Of a DNA stretch of 64,000 bases, positions 10,901 through 17,978 are shown in pieces. Position numbers and translations under genes: made by a program. Positions within the stretch are counted from its first letter, which is position 1. Every line of letters starts with the position of its first letter. A model generated the notes under the pieces. That model searched no databases, was not told where the DNA came from, and saw only the letters and a list, made by a program, of their open reading frames with translations. This DNA is from Cellulosilyticum sp. (GTDB lineage: Bacteria > Bacillota > Clostridia > Lachnospirales > Cellulosilyticaceae), in the NCBI GenBank assembly GCA_045612745.1, contig JAZKZQ010000062.1:623-64622 (forward strand). The letters run 5' to 3'.

Positions 10901-12821
10901 AATGGTTTTCATTAATCTCTAACTGTTCCCACATATTATTAGGTGCACCAAAATTCATGAGTGAAATTTGTTCCATAGTAAATGTTTCATTTAATTCACT
11001 ATAACGTACTTCAGGTGTTTTATTTTTTTCCTCACTACCTGCTGTACCTGCTACAGCTTTTACTATAACTTTTCCTTCATCATTTAGAGATACTTCAAAG
11101 ATTTTTGAATATGTGGCATATACATCTTCTTTACTATTACCTGTATTTGTTATTGGGTCATAATCCTTTGGATCTTTACGAAGTAATAATTCATAGTACA
11201 GATTTCCAGTTTTTAATATCTCTGCTACATTCTTAGGTGCTGCCCATGTCATATCAAATCCAATTGCTTGAGGCTGTGCGCCCTCTACATCTGTATTTTC
11301 ACTTGGTACTACATACACATTTTCAACTGTCTTAATCTGTGTTGTTTCTGGTACTGTTGGAAATTTATCTGGATCATAGAATACCATTTGTGATACGAAG
11401 GTATTTGAATCAATGGTTACTACCACTTGGAAATAACTTGGTACTTGTGATGGTACAATAGCTGTAATATTAGTTGTTTCTGTTTTATTTGGATCATACT
11501 CATATACTACAGATGGTGTTCCACGTACTGTATCTTTATCATTTAAAATATAGATAGAATATGTTGCACGTGACTTAATATTATAAGGTTGAATACTCAT
11601 TTGTACTTGATTACTGCTTGTCTTATTGAGTGTATATCCTAAATATGTATACCCTTTATTCGTTGGCCAATACTTCTCTGATTGATTACCATATTGAAGT
11701 GAACCATCCACAATTGTACTTGTTTCTAATGCATCCCATACAATAGTATTTATACCAGCACCATCAACCTTTGTCTGTGATAAATACATTGAGACTTTAT
11801 CATTTTCTACTTGTACTACATTATCTACTGTATCCTTAAGGTTAACTTTAACAGCTGCCCCAGTAGTAGGCTGGAAGTCTAAACGAACAGCATTACTCAT
11901 ATCGCCTACTGTATATCTTGTTCCAACTTGTAATGTAATATTACTATTTCCTCCTGCTATCTGATTAACATACTGAAATTTTCCACTTGCAATCTTTTTA
12001 ACTTGAGTAAATTCTACTTTCACACCTGGCACAGAACCTGGCTTAATTTGTGTGATATCTTCAATAAGTTCTAAACTTTTTAATTGACCACCATCTACAT
12101 ATAAATGAGTTGGTGAGATTGTATAATTCTTTGGTCCATTGAACATTTCACCTGAGACTGTAGGTGTTGTTTCATTTTCATAGTATAAATTAAATGGTGT
12201 AATATTTCCTTTTGCAATACCATTAGTATATACATAAATATCCTCACCAATTACTTTTACTCTAATTTTTAAATTATCTTGTGTATTGTTATTAAGCTTC
12301 ATTTTGATGCTTGTAAGCTCTATATTAAATTCTTGATCTGCACGGTCTTTATTTGAACCTAATACTAAATCCTTATTAATTTTATCTGTAGCTGGTGATG
12401 GAACTGAATTATATCCCCATGTAAAGTTTGAATTATTAAATACACGTTCCACATAAGTTAATGTATCATTCGTAGTACTTCCATTTGTTGAAACTGTAGC
12501 ATTTAATTCAATATTGGTCTTATCAATATTATTTAAGTCCAAATTTACCTTTTTAGTTACGGTCTGATTCCCCTCTACAGCCTCTATGTAGTATTCTAAT
12601 CTATACTTGGCTGCAGTTCCTATATCAAACTTCACTAATGCACTCTCATCAGCTGAATTATCTCGCTCTCCCACACTAAGTCCAGTGGAATCTTCTTTCA
12701 GCATTTCCCTAATTAGGGTAAAGCCTAAGGGATTAGTTTCTCCCGCTTTCAAAATACCTACATTTTGTAGGGTGGTTAAAAACATTACGCACACTAGAAT
12801 ATGTGCCACCACTCTTCTCAT
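7941..12821 (-). CDS. Large secreted fibronectin type III repeat protein with degenerate SLH-like C terminus (1626 aa)
   Basis: Signal peptide; GLEPNEVYYVQVRV, LNPNSVYYYYVR, GLKPNKRYYIKVRV FN3 motifs; 14-bp gap to the paralog, probable operon. Confidence 0.75.
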   Translation of the reverse strand: MRRVVAHILVCVMFLTTLQNVGILKAGETNPLGFTLIREMLKEDSTGLSVGERDNSADESALVKFDIGTAAKYRLEYYIEAVEGNQTVTKKVNLDLNNIDKTNIELNATVSTNGSTTNDTLTYVERVFNNSNFTWGYNSVPSPATDKINKDLVLGSNKDRADQEFNIELTSIKMKLNNNTQDNLKIRVKVIGEDIYVYTNGIAKGNITPFNLYYENETTPTVSGEMFNGPKNYTISPTHLYVDGGQLKSLELIEDITQIKPGSVPGVKVEFTQVKKIASGKFQYVNQIAGGNSNITLQVGTRYTVGDMSNAVRLDFQPTTGAAVKVNLKDTVDNVVQVENDKVSMYLSQTKVDGAGINTIVWDALETSTIVDGSLQYGNQSEKYWPTNKGYTYLGYTLNKTSSNQVQMSIQPYNIKSRATYSIYILNDKDTVRGTPSVVYEYDPNKTETTNITAIVPSQVPSYFQVVVTIDSNTFVSQMVFYDPDKFPTVPETTQIKTVENVYVVPSENTDVEGAQPQAIGFDMTWAAPKNVAEILKTGNLYYELLLRKDPKDYDPITNTGNSKEDVYATYSKIFEVSLNDEGKVIVKAVAGTAGSEEKNKTPEVRYSELNETFTMEQISLMNFGAPNNMWEQLEINENHLNTTAENYLGKIEGTAKDSLEHRTVPGTYYLSLRTVLISHTDGTPVVHSEESNMVALSLNNSTEIVPVPNTITGEDTTNEDRTVIAEKITIKNVDIRHYVKSMLEPAHLYLYKDEAKTIGRYSGEYEVYLYQKPTKLASTIAGVEKGDIKSIKINKDNSKITLTDKQAGSTKSYVENLREGEVVPITLAVDTLLGEGNEKFELVGLEPNEVYYVQVRVKLSPWRNSITEVGTKDFPSRYSLFSKEFTFTTTTTPLPPSENDKVPPTPEKIWVVEQPNNTTATLGWSPANFEEDEDTLKTYYEFIRTEIQLTDDEKGKKVEELVAADDKRVGFRSDSPTESNPFMSTYTSKNPQWTNLSPAQVATKFQLTDNTLNPNSVYYYYVRTVCIIDGKPVKSEWIMVPVTTAPVLPPTNLKVELVKNYKYDPTNETVISFDAPVPSDSSVPTDYTFDIAVQGEMDAEYSITKYPATKLKPNSGSNVLTPEGYTHFVYKITGLKPNKRYYIKVRVVDKTKPLLDGNTYPTSLYCEKVTTRTEYDEEEAEKDNKYEEYLKKYDMEVEKLRRRPYWEVEEDYSYKYRESYISTELGLESEYELVVGKNAKDAYYYMPASLFTSENATKTTLKITLGNYTANIRPYTLTEENEQIQDAIDLVSENDIKNYYVGIRFKLTDANIKINGEPSISPQMTIDMELVYTKDKDFDIEEDIMSALNQLIATERDVVIKKLERKIYNGTIADDVLAEIIDESMENIQEDHIKKVERILDRTTKKEVSIHEVQKPVLLVAKLDNYAVNAYYLITNWTSVESYAVGNGFGIEAAKLGTYILTGQAALINTVPSLAPYQSFIAKYNLTDFFTIDSYTVKTAATKQQVYGAVARVIGASRGTDYVVYLKNNGIKGINAIGMNNAIRQDEAIYLIMQGYEKVHKRSVSSIMIKNRQSVQNIGAFQTPYRTYVYAAVELKIANNPNSKVTPSKQMSIEEIIAMLYKAQI

Positions 12822-12959
12822 ATACTTTCCTCCTTATTATCTTTCTAATTTTGGCTAGATGCCATTTTTACTCAAGAATATTTTATATTTAAGTGTCTTC
12901 TCCCTTATAATTTATCGTCATTTCATGGAATATTCATGAGACTTTAATGAATATAAAGG

Positions 12960-13234
12960 TGTAAAAAGTAGGGAGGTGTGATAAGAGGGGTCCGCCGAGT
13001 GACTATGGTGCCATCAGCTGCACGCTACGAAATTTGTGAGAGTCTAAGCTCGATTTTACAAAAACGGGGCAAAACTCACAAAACTAATTCCACTCTGTTC
13101 CATTAGTTTTGCTCAAACAATGCCCCTAAAACCTTTGTAAAATTTTCGCTAAGACTCTCATCAAATTTCTCCGAAGGCAGACTAACGACACCATAGTCAC
13201 TCGGCTCTCTTATCACATACCCATACTTTTTACA
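12960..13234 (-). repeat. Long imperfect palindrome (rod-like hairpin), copy 1
   Basis: Nested inverted arms: tgtaaaaagta/tactttttaca, tgtgataagag/ctcttatcaca, gccgagtgactatggtg/caccatagtcactcggc, gaaatttg/caaatttc, tgagagtct/agactctca, ttttacaaa/tttgtaaaa, ggggca/tgcccc, aaaactaat/attagtttt. Confidence 0.9.
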
Positions 13235-13370
13235 ATATTCCTTAGAGGTGAAAAACTGCTGACCAACCTGAAGTTATCCTATTTTTTTACATAATAGAAG
13301 TTAGATGTTAAGAATGAAGTTAACTTGTTATATTTTACTTTCAAAATCAAAATGATAGCATATACATAAA

Positions 13371-13404
13371 GAAGGGGCTGTAGCAAAATGCGAACAGTCC
13401 CTTC
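13371..13404 (-). terminator. Terminator-like hairpin downstream of mutY and hairpin copy 2
   Basis: gaaggggctgt / acagtcccttc inverted repeat. Confidence 0.5.
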
Positions 13405-13438
13405 TTAATAATATAGTTCTCTATTCTTTTTTTCCTTG

Positions 13439-13663
13439 GTGTCCAAAAGAAAGCTGGAGCAGTAGGGGCCAATAGTCTACCTTCGTAGTAATCTGTTGAT
13501 ATGCTTAGTGAAGATAGACAAAGCGTTCTTAGTGGGAATGTTTGAGCGAAATGAAATGTAGCGAGTTTTCCCACGTTGCTTTGACTATCAAGCTTAGCAT
13601 ATCACAGATTACTAAGGGTGTAGCTATTAGTCCCTACTGCTCCAGCACCCCATTTTGTGACAC
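13439..13663 (+). repeat. Long imperfect palindrome (rod-like hairpin), copy 2, inverted relative to copy 1
   Basis: Nested arms gtgtccaaaa/ttttgtgacac, gctggagcagtaggg/ccctactgctccagc, tagtaatctg/cagattacta, tgatatgct/agcatatca, gatagacaaagc/gctttgactatc, gtgggaa/ttcccac. Confidence 0.9.
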
Positions 13664-13667
13664 GCCC

Positions 13668-14696
13668 TTATATTTTTTGGGTTATTTTTTTGAATGCTGT
13701 GGCTACTGGGATGTTTTCCATTTCTTGTATGGTGAAGTATTCTAGTGGTTCTTTGTTTGTTTTTACTTCTTTGAGTAATGCTTCAGCTCTTTGAGACCAG
13801 TTGATGATGACTGGTGTCATGTGCCATTTTTTGTGTGTGAAGATGTGGATAACCTCGGAAAGTTCTCGTTGTTCATAGGTATTTAATTCACAGGTCTTCC
13901 ACATTTTGTGGTCAATCATAGGTGTTCCCCACAGATTTGCAAGAAGACCTTCCTGTGGACGCTTTTCCATGCTGTATCTCTCACCTTTTTTGAGTAAGAC
14001 TACTTGATATTGTTCTTTGGCTACTTTTAGTTTTTTCTCTTTAACTGGATAGTTTTCTTCCTCGCCATAACGATGTGCTTCACAAATAGTTCTTACTGGA
14101 CAGATCTCACATTTAGGATTCTTAGGTGTACATACTAGGGCACCTAATTCCATAAGTGCTTGATTAAATCTGTTTGGGTCGTCTGGCATAAGCTCCATTA
14201 CTTTTTCTTCAAAAATTTTCCTATTTTTAGCCACACCTATATCATCTGTAATGCGAAACTGTCTTGATAAAATACGCATCACATTGCCATCTACTGCTGG
14301 TAGTGGGATATGAAAGGCTATGCTACATACTGCACCTAATGTATATGGCCCAATGCTTGGGATATCTTTTACTAACTTTGGATCACGTGGGAATACACCC
14401 TCCCATTTTTCATCAATCAGTTTGGCCCCTTTTTGCAAGTTCTCTGCTCTTCTGTAGTAACCAAGACCTTGCCAATAATGATGTACTTCTTCTAAACTAG
14501 CTACTGCTAAGTCATGTATCGTAGGAAATCGTTCCATAAATCTTATGTAATATGGAATGACAGTGTCTACTTGTGTCTGCTGAAGCATGACTTCTGAAAC
14601 CCAAATGCTATAAGGATCAGAAGTTCTTCTCCATGGCATATCTCTTTTATTTTCGTCAAACCATTCTACTAAAAATACTGCATATTTATTTTTCAC
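13668..14696 (-). CDS. mutY: A/G-specific adenine glycosylase
   Basis: PYSIWVSEVMLQQTQV, WQGLGYYRRA, HhH-GPD (PAVDGNVMR), Fe-S motif CTPKNPKCEICPVRTIC; GTG at 14696 behind GGAGG is the likely start (ORF track 14726). Confidence 0.95.
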   Translation of the reverse strand: MKNKYAVFLVEWFDENKRDMPWRRTSDPYSIWVSEVMLQQTQVDTVIPYYIRFMERFPTIHDLAVASLEEVHHYWQGLGYYRRAENLQKGAKLIDEKWEGVFPRDPKLVKDIPSIGPYTLGAVCSIAFHIPLPAVDGNVMRILSRQFRITDDIGVAKNRKIFEEKVMELMPDDPNRFNQALMELGALVCTPKNPKCEICPVRTICEAHRYGEEENYPVKEKKLKVAKEQYQVVLLKKGERYSMEKRPQEGLLANLWGTPMIDHKMWKTCELNTYEQRELSEVIHIFTHKKWHMTPVIINWSQRAEALLKEVKTNKEPLEYFTIQEMENIPVATAFKKITQKI

Positions 14697-14813
14697 TTTA
14701 TCCTCCATAAAAAACTCAAAAATCATGATTACATTTTACATTATTTTTAGATGGAAGACTATTATTTATACTTTAAAACCTGATTCGCCAATATTTCCTA
14801 GGAAATCTCTTTT

Positions 14814-15362
14814 TTACTGAAATACATCTTTAAGTGTAATTTCTATATTAGGAAAAGCCTTTAAACATATGCACTCATTAGCATTAAATGCTTCGTCTGT
14901 TTCATCTTCTTCTAACATAAATGATTTAACTAACTTATACTTTCCCTCTATTAAATGATAGATATCTAATGCATCAGACTTATAATCAATCACCCAATAT
15001 TCTTCAATTCCAACTTTTTCATATAAATCCTTCTTAACTGTCACATCTTTCTGCCTTGTAGCGGGACTAAGTACTTCTGCAATAAACTTAGGCTTTCCAT
15101 AATAACCTTTTTTCTTAAAATTATTTTTATCACAAATAATCGAAACATCTGGTATTACACAATTTGTGCTATCTTCTTCTAAATACATATCTATCCCATC
15201 AGCATAAGCCCTGCATATACTTTTATCTAAAAATTTATTAAATGCACCTACTAAGTTTACAATAATCTCATTATGTCTATAGTGGGGTGAAGGTGACATA
15301 TTATAAACTATTCCACCAATTAATTCTTCTCTTATCTTATGTTCATCAATAGCTATACTCAT
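14814..15362 (-). CDS. Uma2-family (PD-(D/E)XK) putative endonuclease
   Basis: EELIGGIVYNMSPSP, VIPDVSIICD, FIAEVLSPAT, KKDLYEKVGIEEYWVID are Uma2 motifs. Confidence 0.9.
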   Translation of the reverse strand: MSIAIDEHKIREELIGGIVYNMSPSPHYRHNEIIVNLVGAFNKFLDKSICRAYADGIDMYLEEDSTNCVIPDVSIICDKNNFKKKGYYGKPKFIAEVLSPATRQKDVTVKKDLYEKVGIEEYWVIDYKSDALDIYHLIEGKYKLVKSFMLEEDETDEAFNANECICLKAFPNIEITLKDVFQ

Positions 15363-15442
15363 CTTCTCACTTCCTTCAATTAATCTTTTATTATAGTATA
15401 TACCAACATCCTATACCTATAAACATATCACTTCTATAAAAT

Positions 15443-16369
15443 CTATGATCTACTATTATCTACATTAACTTGTAAGATCCATTTTCCTTGGTTAATAATA
15501 TCCCTCTTTGTATACTCTACAATGGGTTTAATATGCTTTAATTTATCTGTATTTGTTAACTCATAATAATTCTCTCCAATTGTTATATTAGGTTCACCTT
15601 CATTATCATTACTTTGAGCACATGAGCTTCCTTGAATCCAGCCTACTTCTTCTTTAGTCACTTCATTGTATAAACTATATATACTAGCAGTGCTACTTAT
15701 GCTATGCTCTATAAGTCTTGTTTGAATATGTAACAATTCTTTTTTAGTTTTCCCTACCACAGCTTCTCTATCATAACCATCATTAAATCCTACACCTATA
15801 ATACTAAAATTGTTAACTTCTGATATAGGTATCAAACCTTGTATCTCATTTGAAGGTAGCAAAACTTGTACTTCCTTTATATCTCCTATGTAATTATCGC
15901 TTTCTTTAGTATCTTCTATTGCATATTGCAGAGGATACTCATTATATAAATCATAAATACTCTCTTCTAAAATCTCTCTTCCCTCATACTCTCGTATCAA
16001 ACTATCCATCTGTATCTCTATATTTCTAATCTTATCCTCTCTCTTAGGCCTTGCTATAATTGTATAAGTTAATACCTTTTTATCACTACTTAAACTTATA
16101 TCCTTCTGTGTACTCAACTGACTAGGTTGTAAAGAAACATGTAATTCCCCGATTCTCTCTTCATCTGAAAACGTAGTACCATCTTCTTTTTTTAAATTTA
16201 CTTTAACAGTACATTTATTCCCATCTAATTGCACATCCTCTACACTGGCTCTAACACCATGAGTCACAACCTCTCTAACTTCTTGTGGCAATCTCGTCGT
16301 TATAATCATAACAACACAAATTACTACAATAAAAACAGCTACAATATTAATTTCCTTGAATCTTTTCAT
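15443..16369 (-). CDS. Membrane-anchored hypothetical protein, DUF4179-like; shorter paralog of 16519..17736
   Basis: N-terminal TM; shares SIYDLYxEYPL, FSIxGVGF, LHIxTRL, LYNExT, WIQG, YYELTxTxKLK, GKWxLQVNV with the neighbour. Confidence 0.55.
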   Translation of the reverse strand: MKRFKEINIVAVFIVVICVVMIITTRLPQEVREVVTHGVRASVEDVQLDGNKCTVKVNLKKEDGTTFSDEERIGELHVSLQPSQLSTQKDISLSSDKKVLTYTIIARPKREDKIRNIEIQMDSLIREYEGREILEESIYDLYNEYPLQYAIEDTKESDNYIGDIKEVQVLLPSNEIQGLIPISEVNNFSIIGVGFNDGYDREAVVGKTKKELLHIQTRLIEHSISSTASIYSLYNEVTKEEVGWIQGSSCAQSNDNEGEPNITIGENYYELTNTDKLKHIKPIVEYTKRDIINQGKWILQVNVDNSRS

Positions 16370-16518
16370 ATCTACTCCCTATACTTTATTTAATTTTTAC
16401 AAACAATGTTCGTTTATTATATAAACAACTAATTCTAGCCTCACTATCTATAGTTTGTCTCTCACCTATAAACTTATGATCTCAACTTCTTTCTTAGATT
16501 CTTCTCTATTGGTTTATT

Positions 16519-17736
16519 TCAATTATTTGATCTGCTCTTTACTTTTACTATCTCATCTAATTCAATGTAGTCCTCTACTTCATACTCTTGGGTATATGCT
16601 ACCTCATCTGACCATGATGTACTTTGTAATTTTATTTCACTGCCGTCTTTCATATAAAGTATAAAAGGTACATCTTTACCTCTTAATTTTATTAGCTTAT
16701 CTTCCTCTAAAACAGTTCCTTGTATCTCTGCACCAATAGTTGATATATAAATCTCATTGAGCTTGATAGGTATTTCACTTACACTAATTTCTATATCTGT
16801 CTCCTTAGAAAGACTTTTCACATTATCTTTTACATTCACTTGTAATGTCCATTTTCCAGAATTAATGACTTCTTTCTTTGTGTACTTCACTACAGGTTTT
16901 ATTGATTTAAGCTTTTCTGTATGAGTTAATTCATAGTAGTCTTCACTAATTTGAGTATCATCCCCCTCAGATGTTGCCATTCCCTGAATCCACTCTACTT
17001 TTTCTCCTGTTAGTTCATTATATAAATAGTCAATCTCTGCTGTATCATTACAACCTGTATATGCGCCTCTTAACCTTGTACGAATATGTAGCATTTTTTC
17101 CCTTGTCCCACTTACTTCTTTATCATAATGATTACTAAAACCTACGCCCATAATGCTAAAACCATCAATCTCTTCTAATGGCACATACCCCTTTTCCTCA
17201 TTTTCTACTTCTATTTCTTCTTTCTCCACATCATCTTCTTCACTGTCATATTCTTTATAGGTAATCATAGGTAACTCTTGTTCATAGTCATACTCAAGTG
17301 GATACTCTTCATATAAATCATAAATACTCTTTTCTAATGTTTTCTTTCCCTCTACTACATGTATTAAACTATCAATCTCTATCTTTAATTGTTTAAGTTC
17401 ACTATTCTTACCTGGATATACTGTATAACAATATGTTAATACCCTTTTATCCGGACTCAATTCTATATCTCTGCCCCATGATAAACTCCCCTTATTACTT
17501 GAAATCTTATCTTCCCCTATCCTATCTCCCTGTGAAAAGGCTGTATTATCTTCTTTTCTTAAGTCAATTTTGATAATACACCCATTTTTATCTGCTAGTA
17601 CTTCTTTCACATTTGCCACAATGCCATTACTGGTTACCGTCTTTATTTCTTTTGGAAACCTTATATTTATAATTTGAACTGCACAAAACATAATTATAAA
17701 AATTGCCATAGCGTTTATTTTTCCTATTTTTTTCAT
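16519..17736 (-). CDS. Membrane-anchored hypothetical protein, DUF4179-like
   Basis: N-terminal TM, NGIVANVKEV start of a beta-rich domain, GKW motif, C-terminal LYMKDGSEI...IELDEIVKV; family call from motif resemblance only. Confidence 0.55.
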   Translation of the reverse strand: MKKIGKINAMAIFIIMFCAVQIINIRFPKEIKTVTSNGIVANVKEVLADKNGCIIKIDLRKEDNTAFSQGDRIGEDKISSNKGSLSWGRDIELSPDKRVLTYCYTVYPGKNSELKQLKIEIDSLIHVVEGKKTLEKSIYDLYEEYPLEYDYEQELPMITYKEYDSEEDDVEKEEIEVENEEKGYVPLEEIDGFSIMGVGFSNHYDKEVSGTREKMLHIRTRLRGAYTGCNDTAEIDYLYNELTGEKVEWIQGMATSEGDDTQISEDYYELTHTEKLKSIKPVVKYTKKEVINSGKWTLQVNVKDNVKSLSKETDIEISVSEIPIKLNEIYISTIGAEIQGTVLEEDKLIKLRGKDVPFILYMKDGSEIKLQSTSWSDEVAYTQEYEVEDYIELDEIVKVKSRSNN

Positions 17737-17903
17737 ATATCTATCTCCTAATTTTAATCGTATATTGCATCAATAATATCAACTATTATACCTATCTCTT
17801 AATGAACCTATGTCTTTATCTATTACCTTTTTTAATTTTACTAAAAATTATAACATTTATCTATCCTCTTATCTAGCTTTCAATTATCCTTCTTATATAT
17901 AAG

Positions 17904-17961
17904 AAAAGTCTAGAACAGAATCATTTCAATTACTTTTAAAATGATTCCGTTCTAGACTTTT
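17904..17961 (-). terminator. Intrinsic terminator after rpn
   Basis: aaaagtctagaacagaatcattt / aaatgattccgttctagactttt. Confidence 0.75.
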
Positions 17962-17978
17962 AATACATCTAAAGCTCA

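Noticed and set aside
12911-12946. Sigma-D promoter for the FN3 operon (GACGATAA on minus strand)
   Set aside because: No TAAA -35 element at the correct spacing
12960-13663. Possible CRISPR array or intact IS element
   Set aside because: No direct repeats with spacers, no cas or transposase ORF; the structure is two nested inverted repeats
13347-13745. ORFs 13347..13574 (-) and 13542..13745 (+) over hairpin copy 2
   Set aside because: No RBS, no recognisable protein features; best explained as by-products of the GC-richer palindrome and the mutY antisense strand
16399-16413. LexA (SOS) box
   Set aside because: GAAC-N3-GTTT has 3 rather than 4 spacer bases
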